Made by a program: the position numbers and the translations under genes. A stretch of DNA of 64,000 bases, from positions 1,056,001-1,120,000 of the forward strand of contig CAVWCF010000001.1 in assembly GCA_963753435.1 (NCBI GenBank). Reading direction: 5' to 3'. The notes below the pieces were generated by a model. That model was given only the letters and a program-made list of their open reading frames with translations, was not told the origin of the DNA and ran no database searches. Of this stretch, positions 10,442 through 22,675 are shown piece after piece. The first letter of the stretch is position 1. Every line of letters starts with the position of its first letter. The stretch is from an uncultured Actinomycetota bacterium. GTDB taxonomy: Bacteria; Actinomycetota; Actinomycetes; CAVWCF01.

Positions 10442-11994
10442 CGAACTCCCATTGCCTTCAGCGCGCGCACGTACCCGGTGAGCAACTTCGCCCACCCTTC
10501 GTAGCGCTGACCCGCCGGGCCACCCACCTGTATGAACCGCTGCACCACCACCGACTGCGGTTCGGCGTAGCGCAGCATTCCCTCCGGGCCATTGCGCCGC
10601 CCCAAGCCGGAGTCGAGGACGCCGCCCATCGGCGCATCGATGGTTGCCCAGATGCCGGTGTAGCCGTCGTTGATGTGCACCGTGCCGGCCTGCAGGCGCG
10701 CCCCGATGGTCTTGGCCCGGCCGACATCGCGGCTCCAGACGCTGGCGTTGAGGCCGTGCGCGGAGTCGTTCGCCGCGGCCACCGCAGCCGACTCGTCCGG
10801 CACCCGATACAGGGCTACGACCGGCCCGAACGTCTCCTCACGGCATACGCGCATCCCCTCGGTCACGCCTTCCAAGACAGTCGGTTCGTAGAAGTACGGA
10901 CCGATGTCAGGCCGGGTACGACCGCCGGTGATGGCCCGGGCCCCCGCGGCAACCGCCTCCGCAACATGGCCGGCGACCTTGTCGAGGTGTTCGGCCGAAA
11001 CCAGCGACCCGACGTCGGCGGAGTAGTCCAGCGCCGGGCTCAGGTGCAAGCCATCAACCTGCTTCAGGAACGCGGAGCGGAACTGGTCATAGACGGCGTC
11101 CACCACGTAGATGCGTTCGAATGTCTGACACAACTGGCCGGCGTTGGCGAAGGAACCGGTGGCCAGTCCCCGCGCGGCCTTGGCCAGGTTGGCGTCCGCG
11201 CACACGATGGCGGCGTTCTTGCCACCCAGTTCCAGCGACGCCCCGATCAGGCGGCTGGCGGCACGTTCGGCCACTGCACGACCCGTCGCGGTGGATCCGG
11301 TGAAGGCGACGTAGTCGACCCGGTCGATGACCGCGCCGCCGATCACCGGCCCATCGCCGGTGACGACCTGCACCGCGTCTTCGGGAACACCGGCCGCACG
11401 CATCAGCGCGGCGGTCCAAAGGGTGATCAGCGAGGTCTGCTCGTCGGGCTTGAAGACCAACGCGTTGCCGGCCATCAGGGCCGGGGCCGCGTCGTTGACC
11501 AGCAGGGCGAGGGGGTAGTTCCAGGGCGTGATCACGCCCACTACCCCCTTTGGTTGCTGGCGCACGGAAGCACTGAGCACACCCGGTGCCACGCTGCGGC
11601 GCCGATGCGGCCGCAGCAGGGACGGGCCCAGCCGAGCCGCGTAACGAGCGGCGTGGGCGACGTCGAGGACCTCCTCGGTCGCGTCCCGCCGTGCCTTGCC
11701 GACCTCCAGTTGCAGCAGGTCGAGAGCCTCCGACCGACGATCCAGCAGCAGGTCGTGCAGGCGCAGCAGCACCTTGGCGCGCTCGGCAAGGCTGACGCCC
11801 GCCCAGACCCGCTGCGCCCGTCGTGCCCGCTCGACCGCATCGTCAACGTCGCTCACCTGGGACAGGGGCAGGTCGACAAGCGGCTTACCGGTGAAAGGCG
11901 CGTAGACGGTGCGTCGGTCGGCACCGGGGGTCGCCGCCACCCCCGCCAGGAGCGCCGTGATGAGGTCCGACTCGATGTGGGGGCTGATGCGCAC
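10438..11994 (-). CDS. NAD(P)-dependent aldehyde dehydrogenase (succinate-semialdehyde dehydrogenase-like)
   Basis: PWNYP, FTGST, LELGGKN, NAGQLC, EETFGP; SD GAGGAG before GTG at 11994. Confidence 0.92.
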   Translation of the reverse strand: MRISPHIESDLITALLAGVAATPGADRRTVYAPFTGKPLVDLPLSQVSDVDDAVERARRAQRVWAGVSLAERAKVLLRLHDLLLDRRSEALDLLQLEVGKARRDATEEVLDVAHAARYAARLGPSLLRPHRRRSVAPGVLSASVRQQPKGVVGVITPWNYPLALLVNDAAPALMAGNALVFKPDEQTSLITLWTAALMRAAGVPEDAVQVVTGDGPVIGGAVIDRVDYVAFTGSTATGRAVAERAASRLIGASLELGGKNAAIVCADANLAKAARGLATGSFANAGQLCQTFERIYVVDAVYDQFRSAFLKQVDGLHLSPALDYSADVGSLVSAEHLDKVAGHVAEAVAAGARAITGGRTRPDIGPYFYEPTVLEGVTEGMRVCREETFGPVVALYRVPDESAAVAAANDSAHGLNASVWSRDVGRAKTIGARLQAGTVHINDGYTGIWATIDAPMGGVLDSGLGRRNGPEGMLRYAEPQSVVVQRFIQVGGPAGQRYEGWAKLLTGYVRALKAMGVR

Positions 11995-12008
11995 TTGTCT
12001 CCTCGGGG

Positions 12009-13703
12009 CTATCCGGCAGCCAAACCAGTATCGGCTGCGAGCACCCGTCCCGCAGCCGACTGCACGTAGGTAGCCACTTCCGCCGCGACCCGGTCCACAT
12101 CCCAACCGAGCACCTCGCCGAGCAGCGCCGCCACGTCAGCAGCAGCGGAACGGGCCGCATCGGGCAGCTGCAGCGCCAACCGGGTGCGGCGCATCAGCAC
12201 ATCGTCGACAGACATCGCCCCTTCGGCGGCCGCGGCGTAGACCACTTCGACGCGCAGCACCGGCGAGTCGGGGTGCACTCGTTGCATCAGATCGGTGCGA
12301 TCGGTGGCCAGCGCCAGCACCTCCTCCACGGTTGCGCCGTAGCGGTGCAGGAGCCGGCGCACTTCCGGCTCGGATAGCCGGTGTGCGGCGGACAGGAACT
12401 CACGGCTGTCCCACAACTGCGTGAACCCGTCGGCACCGACCAATGGCAGATCGGCGGTCGCCGACTCCGTCTGCCAACCCTCGGTGGCCGCGTCAACCGC
12501 GTCTGCTGCCATGACCCGGTAAGTCGTGTACTTGCCACCGGTGATCGCCACCAGCCCACTGGCCGGTCGCAGCACTTGGTGCTCCCGACTCACGGTCGTT
12601 GTGTCCGCCGCATCGTCGTCATCGACGGCGAGTGGCCGCAGCCCGGCATAGGTCGCAACCACGTCATCGGGGCTGAGGTTGTACTCCAACCACTGGTTCG
12701 CCTCGTCCAGCAGGTACTCGACCTCGTCGGCGGTGGCGTGCGGATCGCCGCGGTCGCCGGAATAGGCAGTGTCCGTCGTCCCGATGAGCCAGTGCTGGCC
12801 CCAGGGGAGCAGGAAGAGGACGCTGTGCGGCGTTCGCGCGACCATCGCCGTGCGCGAGTCGATCGCTGCGCGCGGGACCACGAGGTGCACGCCCTTGGAC
12901 GGCAGGACCGCGGACGGCGATGGTTGGCCCAGCAACCCCACCGTGTCCGGGGTCCAAACTCCGGTCGCGCTGATGACCCGCCGTGCCCGCACGTCGAAGG
13001 TCTGACCCGTGATCCGGTCCAGGACTCGGGCACCGACGACGTCGGTGCCGTCGCGCAGGAAGTCGACTACCTCCGCGCGGGTGGCTATCTGCGCCCCGAG
13101 CCCGGCCGCGGTCCGCGCCAACGCGAGCGTGTGCCGGGCGTCGTCGATCTGTGCGTCGAAGAAGCCGATTGCCCCGGCGACGACGTCGTGCCGCAGCGCC
13201 GGCGCCAGCCGGAGCGTGGCCCGCCTGGACAGATGCCGGTGCCCCGGCAGCCGACCGTCCTTGCTGCCACGGGCCAAGGCGTCGTACAGCGCCACACCGG
13301 CGCCGTAGTAGGGCCGTTCCCAACCGCGCTTGAGCGGCAACAGGAATGGGACGGGCCGAACCAGGTGCGGCGCCAGTTTCTGCAACAGCAGGCCGCGTTC
13401 GGTCAGCGCCTCGTGGACCAGACCGAACTCGCCCTGCTCCAAGTAGCGCAATCCGCCGTGAGCCAACCGCGACGATCGACTGCTGGTCCCGCCGGCCAGG
13501 TCACCGCGCTCGACCAGCCCCACCGACAGGTCCCGGCTCACCGCGTCCAACGCGCTGCCGCAACCCACGACCCCGCCACCGATTACGAGCACGTCCAGGG
13601 GCTCGGCCGCCATGGTCGCCAGGGCGACCCGGCGAGAGTCCGCGTTGAGCCATCCGCTGCTTGTCGGGGTTACGCCCACCGAGGATGGGCTTGTCTGGGC
13701 CAC
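12009..13703 (-). CDS. glpD: FAD-dependent glycerol-3-phosphate dehydrogenase/oxidase family protein
   Basis: IGGGVVG, GTSSRSSRLAHGGLRYL, SKGVHL, IGTTDT, YAGLRPL, GGKYTTYR. Confidence 0.9.
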   Translation of the reverse strand: MAQTSPSSVGVTPTSSGWLNADSRRVALATMAAEPLDVLVIGGGVVGCGSALDAVSRDLSVGLVERGDLAGGTSSRSSRLAHGGLRYLEQGEFGLVHEALTERGLLLQKLAPHLVRPVPFLLPLKRGWERPYYGAGVALYDALARGSKDGRLPGHRHLSRRATLRLAPALRHDVVAGAIGFFDAQIDDARHTLALARTAAGLGAQIATRAEVVDFLRDGTDVVGARVLDRITGQTFDVRARRVISATGVWTPDTVGLLGQPSPSAVLPSKGVHLVVPRAAIDSRTAMVARTPHSVLFLLPWGQHWLIGTTDTAYSGDRGDPHATADEVEYLLDEANQWLEYNLSPDDVVATYAGLRPLAVDDDDAADTTTVSREHQVLRPASGLVAITGGKYTTYRVMAADAVDAATEGWQTESATADLPLVGADGFTQLWDSREFLSAAHRLSEPEVRRLLHRYGATVEEVLALATDRTDLMQRVHPDSPVLRVEVVYAAAAEGAMSVDDVLMRRTRLALQLPDAARSAAADVAALLGEVLGWDVDRVAAEVATYVQSAAGRVLAADTGLAAG

Positions 13704-13724
13704 GCCCCCATTGTGCCGTGCTTT

Positions 13725-13740
13725 GTTACCCGCCGGTAAC
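13725..13740. promoter_or_regulatory. palindromic operator candidate GTTACC-N4-GGTAAC upstream of glpD
   Basis: Perfect 6-bp inverted repeat 22-37 nt upstream of the glpD GTG; candidate -10 CACAAT at 13710-13715. Confidence 0.45.
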
Positions 13741-13752
13741 CCGACCTGCCGC

Positions 13753-14862
13753 TCAGCGGGTAACGGTCAACTCCACGCGCTGGAAGCTCTTCAGGTCGGA
13801 GTACCCGGTCGTGGCCATTGCCCGGCGCAGCGCACCAATCCAGTTCATGGACCCGTCCGGGGTGCGTGAGGGCCCGTGCAGGATCTCCTCCAGCGAGCCG
13901 ACGGTGCCCAGTTCGACCCGTTCGCCGCGGGGCAGCAGCGGGTGATGCGCCTCCGAGCCCCAGTGCCAGCCGCGGCCCGGCGCGTCCGTTGCCCGCGCCA
14001 GCGGGGAGCCGACCATCACCGCGTCCGCACCGCAGGCAACCGCCTTCGGCACATCCCCGGACCGGAACAGCCCACCGTCGGCGATGACGTGCACGTAGCG
14101 GCCACCGGATTCATCCAGGTAGTCCCGCCGCGCCGCCGCCACGTCGGCGACGGCCGTGGCCATCGGCACCGCGACTCCCAGTACTGACTTGGTCGTGTGG
14201 GCCGTGCCGCCCCCGAAACCAACCAGCACGCCCGCCGCACCGGTGCGCATCAGGTGCAGTGCAGCCTGGTAGGTGGCACACCCGCCAACGATCACCGGCA
14301 CGTCGAGTTCGTAGATGAACTGCTTCAGGTTCAGTGGCTCGGCGCGACCGGACACATGCTCGGCGGACACCGTGGTGCCGCGGATGACGAACAGATCCAC
14401 GCCCGCGTCGACGACGGCCTTGTGCAACTGGGCCGTGCGCTGCGGGCTCAGGGCTGCAGCGACCGTTACGCCGCCGGACCGGATCTCCCCGATCCGCTGC
14501 ACGATCAGGTCCTCCTGGATCGGTTCGGCGTACACCTCCTGCAACCTCGCGGTCGCCCGCTCCGGATCCAGTTCGGCGATCTCGGCCAGCAGTGGCTCCG
14601 GGTCGGCGTACCTGGTCCACAGACCCTCCAGGTCCAGGACACCGAGACCGCCGTACTTGCCCAACTGGATGGCCACGTCTGGGCTGACGACGGAGTCCAT
14701 CGGTGCGGCCAACAGCGGGATCTCGAAGTGGTAGGCGTCGATCTGCCAGGACACCGAGACCTCTTCGGGGTCCCGGGTCCGCCGGCTGGGAACGATCGCG
14801 ACGTCGGCCAGCGCGTACGCCGCGCGGCCGCGCTTGGCTCTACCGATCTCGACTTCGGGCAT
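13753..14862 (-). CDS. guaB3: IMP dehydrogenase-family protein (GuaB3 type)
   Basis: EIGRAKRGR, IVPSRRTRDPEEV, WQIDAY, RDYLDESGGRYVHVIADG; GGGTAHTT in place of the catalytic SICTT; directly after guaB. Confidence 0.92.
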   Translation of the reverse strand: MPEVEIGRAKRGRAAYALADVAIVPSRRTRDPEEVSVSWQIDAYHFEIPLLAAPMDSVVSPDVAIQLGKYGGLGVLDLEGLWTRYADPEPLLAEIAELDPERATARLQEVYAEPIQEDLIVQRIGEIRSGGVTVAAALSPQRTAQLHKAVVDAGVDLFVIRGTTVSAEHVSGRAEPLNLKQFIYELDVPVIVGGCATYQAALHLMRTGAAGVLVGFGGGTAHTTKSVLGVAVPMATAVADVAAARRDYLDESGGRYVHVIADGGLFRSGDVPKAVACGADAVMVGSPLARATDAPGRGWHWGSEAHHPLLPRGERVELGTVGSLEEILHGPSRTPDGSMNWIGALRRAMATTGYSDLKSFQRVELTVTR

Positions 14863-14866
14863 GGTT

Positions 14867-16995
<2,129 letters not shown>

Positions 16996-17002
16996 CTGTG
17001 CC

Positions 17003-17031
17003 GTATCGGCAGCAAGTACGCCGAACGTGAG
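17003..17031 (-). promoter_or_regulatory. putative sigma28 (WhiG/FliA)-type promoter of bldM
   Basis: CTCA-N17-GCCGATAC-7 nt-GTG on the - strand. Confidence 0.5.
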
Positions 17032-17064
17032 AGCTGAATGAGCTTTGGCTGGGACCCGGAAGTA

Positions 17065-18000
17065 TCAGCCCATCAGCGCGGCAACATCGGGTCGCGCCAA
17101 CCAGGCCGACCGCGCGTCCGGTTCCGCGGTATCAGCAGCCAGCGAATCAGCAATGTGATTGACGGCGGCGCGGGCCGAGGCGAGTGCGCGGGCGGACTCC
17201 TGTTCATCCTCAGTCAGGGCCGCCTGCAGCGCGCGCGCCGGCCACACCAGCGCCCGGGCACCGAGGGTTTCGGCCAGCGTCCCAGCCCGGCGAAGCGTCG
17301 CAAGAGCGCGATCGGGGCCCGGCTCGTCCGGGTCCGAAGCGGCCTGCAACTGCGCGACCGCAAGCAGCGTCAACGACCGGGCCACGTGCCGCGGCGCCCC
17401 GGCTTCCTCGGCGGCAGTCAGCGCCGCTGTGGCCGCTGCTGCCGCGGCCTTGGGGTCCTCGGCCAACAGCGCCAGGTCCGCCTTGACCCACTCAAGTTCC
17501 ACCCGCTGTCGCCACCATCCGGAGTTTCGCGCCAGCACCTTGTCGGCTGCGGCAACGCGCTCGCGAGCCGACTCGGGATCGGCCGTGGCGACCGCGTCAG
17601 CGGCCAGGCCGAGCAACGCTTCGAACGCCACCGGATCCAGATCGTGGCCAGCCAGTTCGAGGGCCTGGTTGTCCCGGTTCGCGGCCTCGGTGATGCGACC
17701 CAGTTGGCGTAGGTGGGCCGCCCGGGTGGCCAACGCGAGGCCGGGGATGAGCCGGTCGGAAGGCTCCGGTCCAACCGCAGCGTCCAAGAGGGGCCGCAAG
17801 GCAACTGCGGCTTGGCCGTAGTCGCCGGCTGCCCCGTGGGCGACACCCAGCAGCCAAGCGGCGGCGGCTACCTCAGCGGCGCGGCCCGCCTCCTGCGCCT
17901 GCGCCATTGCCTGCTGCAAAGGCGCGATGGCGGCTTGGGGAGCGCCGTGGAACGCGGCCCGCTCACCCTCGGCCAGCAACCGGGACAACGCGTCCGTCAC
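17065..18000 (-). CDS. Ala-rich helical-repeat (TPR-like) conserved hypothetical protein, resembling mycobacterial Rv3415c
   Basis: Strong SD GAGGAGG before GTG; motifs WLLGVAHGAAGDY, LRQLG, ALLGLAADA, RHVARS; neighbour of whiB3. Confidence 0.75.
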   Translation of the reverse strand: MTDALSRLLAEGERAAFHGAPQAAIAPLQQAMAQAQEAGRAAEVAAAAWLLGVAHGAAGDYGQAAVALRPLLDAAVGPEPSDRLIPGLALATRAAHLRQLGRITEAANRDNQALELAGHDLDPVAFEALLGLAADAVATADPESARERVAAADKVLARNSGWWRQRVELEWVKADLALLAEDPKAAAAAATAALTAAEEAGAPRHVARSLTLLAVAQLQAASDPDEPGPDRALATLRRAGTLAETLGARALVWPARALQAALTEDEQESARALASARAAVNHIADSLAADTAEPDARSAWLARPDVAALMG

Positions 18001-18092
18001 CGGTTACCTCCTCAATGCCGACGGGGGCGGTGCCCACCGCGAAGACCGCTGCTGTCGCCGCCCTCCAGCGGCGCGGGCAGGCTAGCCGACGC

Positions 18093-19034
18093 TCAGGCGC
18101 CGGCGGATTGCGCCAACGCGGTGACGGCCTCGGTGAGGTCGCCCGCGTGCCGGGCATGCGGTGGCACTTTGGTCCAACCAGGGCCACCCAGAACCAGATC
18201 CGGCGCCGGCCGCATGGCGGGCAACGCCGCCAACTGTGGCAGGCCACCGGTCTGTTCCAGTTGCGACCAGATGAAGACGGCGCAAGGCCCGCTGCGCCGA
18301 ACCGCCGATGCCAACGCCGCCCGGGGAACGCGCGACCCCAGGACGCGACAGGCGACGTGCCGTTCCGCCAGTGCCGCCGCGGTGGCGTAGAGGGGCAGTG
18401 AGTGCAACTCCTCCTCCGCCGATGCCAGCAGGACCGGCCGCGGGTTGTGCGGTTGCGTCAGGCGGGCGATCACTGGTCGCAGCGCCGTCTGCGCCGAATC
18501 CGACAGCAGATGCTCCACCTCAATGCCTTCGCCGGTCTTCTCCCACCGCTCCCCGATGGCAATCATCACCGGGACCACGAGTTCATCCCAAGTGGCGATG
18601 ACTCCGCGACGGCTCAAGGCCTCGGAGATGATGTCCGTGCAGGCGCGGGCATCCAGCGCCATGGCCGCCCGGGTCAGCCCCCTGGTGCTGGCAGTGCCTC
18701 CGGGCAAGGCAACAACCCGACCGCCGCCGGCAGTGGCAGCCGGATGAATCGGCGCGGCGGCCCGCGCCGGCACCGGTAGCGCGTCGACGCCGATCTCCAT
18801 GGCCACCCGGGCCGCCTCCGCCGGCGCCACGCCCTGCTGCGTGAGGCGGCGCATCGTTTCCAACCGGGCGACGTCGGAAGGGCTGTAGCGCCGGTGCGAA
18901 CCCGGCGGGTGCTCCGACGGCCCTAGCCCGTAGCGGCGATCCCAGGTCCGCAGCGTCGCTGGTGCCACCCCCAGTCGCCGCGCCACCGCGGCAACCGTGA
19001 GGGCCGCGCTGAACTCAACGGGCGACTCGGTCAC
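18093..19034 (-). CDS. MerR-family HTH plus cobalamin-binding-domain regulator (CarH/LitR-like); start 19034 or 19046
   Basis: HTH VAAVARRLGVAPATLRTWDRRYGL...HRRYS; W-x9-EH (WEKTGEGIEVEH); EELHSLP (ExHxxG-like); Rossmann WSQ...LGGPG. Confidence 0.88.
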   Translation of the reverse strand: MTESPVEFSAALTVAAVARRLGVAPATLRTWDRRYGLGPSEHPPGSHRRYSPSDVARLETMRRLTQQGVAPAEAARVAMEIGVDALPVPARAAAPIHPAATAGGGRVVALPGGTASTRGLTRAAMALDARACTDIISEALSRRGVIATWDELVVPVMIAIGERWEKTGEGIEVEHLLSDSAQTALRPVIARLTQPHNPRPVLLASAEEELHSLPLYATAAALAERHVACRVLGSRVPRAALASAVRRSGPCAVFIWSQLEQTGGLPQLAALPAMRPAPDLVLGGPGWTKVPPHARHAGDLTEAVTALAQSAGA

Positions 19035-19102
19035 GAAGCGAATCATCCCGCCTCTTGGCGCGTTCGGCATCCGGAGGCACGCTGCCACCCCCGATCCGTA
19101 TG

Positions 19103-19159
19103 TGGTTCATAAATTGTTCATCTTTGCCTCTTGACACGCTCTTGAAACGCTTCTATGTT
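19103..19159 (+). promoter_or_regulatory. whiB3 promoter (-35 TTGACA, 17 bp, -10 TATGTT) overlapped by 11-bp direct repeats
   Basis: TTGACA at 19131-19136 and TATGTT at 19154-19159; repeats GTTCATAAATT/GTTCATCTTTG and CTCTTGACACG/CTCTTGAAACG. Confidence 0.75.
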
Positions 19160-19187
19160 TCTACCCAACCGCACCAAGGAGGAAGAA

Positions 19188-19484
19188 ATGGCCGACATCA
19201 CCCGACTCCCAGGCCCCAACGCCGATCTGTGGGACTGGCAGCTGGACGCGGCCTGCCGAGACCTCGACAGCTCGGTCTTCTTCCACCCCGAAGGCGAGCG
19301 CGGATCCGCCCGAGCGCGCCGCCAGGAGCAAGCGAAGGCCGTGTGCGCGACCTGCCCGGTGTTGCGGCAGTGCGCCGAGCACGCGCTCCGCGTTCGCGAG
19401 CCCTACGGCGTGTGGGGCGGTATGACCGAGGAAGAGCGAGCCGAGATGTACACAACTGGTCGCACGCTGCGAGCGGTTTCCTGA
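19188..19484 (+). CDS. whiB3: WhiB-family Fe-S regulator, WhiB3/WhiD ortholog
   Basis: RLPGPNADLWDWQ, four conserved Cys, FFHPEGERG, EPYGVWGG; SD AAGGAGG; position next to groEL1. Confidence 0.95.
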   Translation: MADITRLPGPNADLWDWQLDAACRDLDSSVFFHPEGERGSARARRQEQAKAVCATCPVLRQCAEHALRVREPYGVWGGMTEEERAEMYTTGRTLRAVS

Positions 19485-19539
19485 CAGCACCCCCCCGAAG
19501 GGCCCGGCGGAACCCCCCCCTCCCCGCCAGGACCCGACC

Positions 19540-19577
19540 AAGCCGAACGCCCGGGCAATCGCCCGGGCGTTCGGCTT
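19540..19577. terminator. bidirectional terminator hairpin between convergent whiB3 and groEL1
   Basis: 17-bp perfect stem aagccgaacgcccgggc/gcccgggcgttcggctt with loop aatc. Confidence 0.85.
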
Positions 19578-19598
19578 TGCTGTGACTGGGGGTGCGGA

Positions 19599-21269
<1,671 letters not shown>

Positions 21270-21336
21270 TCAGAAGCAACCGCCCCTCGGGCCAGGACGG
21301 CCGTCGGGGCGGTTGGGTGTCACTGTCGTGACTGGC

Positions 21337-21636
21337 TCACTTGTCGAGGATCGCCAGCACGTCGCGAGCGGACAGGATGAGGTACTCCTCGCCCTGGTAC
21401 TTGATCTCGGTGCCGCCGTACTTGCTGTAGACGACAACGTCGCCGACCTTGACGTCCACGGGGACGCGCTTTTCGCCGGCATCGTCGAAACGGCCCGGGC
21501 CCACAGCCAGGACCTTGCCCTCCTGGGGCTTCTCCTTGGCGGTGTCCGGGATGACCAGACCCGAAGCAGTGGTCTGCTCCGCGTCCAGCGGCTGGACCAG
21601 GATGCGGTCCTCCAGCGGCTTGATGTTGACCGACAC
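21337..21636 (-). CDS. groES: co-chaperonin GroES
   Basis: [34 protein letters not shown]; GGAGG SD. Confidence 0.98.
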   Translation of the reverse strand: MSVNIKPLEDRILVQPLDAEQTTASGLVIPDTAKEKPQEGKVLAVGPGRFDDAGEKRVPVDVKVGDVVVYSKYGGTEIKYQGEEYLILSARDVLAILDK

Positions 21637-21714
21637 GGTGGGTTGACCTCCGGAAGTCACTGTCGAATAGGGACCCGACCGGTCCTGTCGTCGCGGGTGC
21701 CAGGGCCAGGTCGA

Positions 21715-21741
21715 TTGGCACACCCCGGGGGAGAGTGCCAG
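21715..21741. promoter_or_regulatory. CIRCE element 1 (HrcA operator)
   Basis: TTGGCACAC-N9-GAGTGCCAG versus consensus TTAGCACTC-N9-GAGTGCTAA. Confidence 0.85.
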
Positions 21742-21760
21742 TCCGAACCCTAGCCAGGGG

Positions 21761-21787
21761 TTAGCACTCCGTCAACTTGAGTGCCAA
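21761..21787. promoter_or_regulatory. CIRCE element 2, overlapping the groES -35 box (TTGACG-17-TAGGGT on the - strand, 21775-21747)
   Basis: TTAGCACTC-N9-GAGTGCCAA. Confidence 0.92.
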
Positions 21788-21879
21788 GCGCGGCCCGTAC
21801 GGGAACGGGGCGCTCTCGATCTCGACACCCTGGGTGCGGCTCGCTAGCGTGCGATGAGACACCAACTCGGGAGGAACCG

Positions 21880-22650
21880 ATGCCCCACCGCCCCGGAACC
21901 TTCGGCTGGATCGACCTGTCCACGAACGACGTCGGCGCCGCGAAGGCCTTCTACGCGGGTCTCCTGGGCTGGCAGATGACCGACATGCCGACCGACGTCG
22001 GCGTCGACTACACGATGTGCAGCAAGGACGGAAAACAGGTCGCCGGGCTGGGTCCGCAACCGCCCGGCCTTGCCGAGGCGGGCGTTCCGTCCATGTGGAA
22101 CGCCTATGTGATCGTGAACAGTGCCGACGACGCCGTGGCCGCGGCGGTTCAGGCCGGGGGCACGGTGCCGATGCCGGCGATGGATGTCATGGACCAAGGC
22201 CGAATGGCCATGATCACCGATCCGTCCGGGGCCACGTTCGGGGTTTGGCAGGCGAACCAACATCACGGTGCCGAACTCACTCACGCGCCCGGGTCGCTGA
22301 CCTGGACCGAACTGCAGACTCGGGACCTCGACACCGCGCTCGCCTTCTACGAGACGGTGTTCGGCTGGGTGTGGCGCGACACCGACGGGTACCGGATCGC
22401 GTTGCTGGACGATGCGGCCGACCCCGCCAAAGACGGCATCGCCGGCGCCATGAACATGCCCCCGCAGGTGCCACCGATGGTCCCGGCCAATTGGCAGATC
22501 TACCTCGGTGTCGCAGACGTGGACGATGCCTTGACGCGAAGCCAGGACCTCGGCGCCTCGGTCTTCCTGCCCAAGATGGACCTCGACGGAATGACCTTCG
22601 CCGGCCTCAGCGACCCAACCGGAGCCATGTTCCTCATCGGTGACTTCTAG
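21880..22650 (+). CDS. VOC/glyoxalase family protein (two domains)
   Basis: PGTFGWIDL, AKAFYAGLLGW, GRMAMITDPSGATFGVWQ and a second domain WTELQT..FYETVFGW; SD GGGAGG. Confidence 0.9.
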   Translation: MPHRPGTFGWIDLSTNDVGAAKAFYAGLLGWQMTDMPTDVGVDYTMCSKDGKQVAGLGPQPPGLAEAGVPSMWNAYVIVNSADDAVAAAVQAGGTVPMPAMDVMDQGRMAMITDPSGATFGVWQANQHHGAELTHAPGSLTWTELQTRDLDTALAFYETVFGWVWRDTDGYRIALLDDAADPAKDGIAGAMNMPPQVPPMVPANWQIYLGVADVDDALTRSQDLGASVFLPKMDLDGMTFAGLSDPTGAMFLIGDF

Positions 22651-22675
22651 CAACCAGTACCTGGCCGAACCGGTA

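Noticed and set aside
13753-14862. guaB3 as a pseudogene because the catalytic Cys is missing
   Set aside because: The ORF is intact, and the lack of that Cys is typical of the GuaB3 family.
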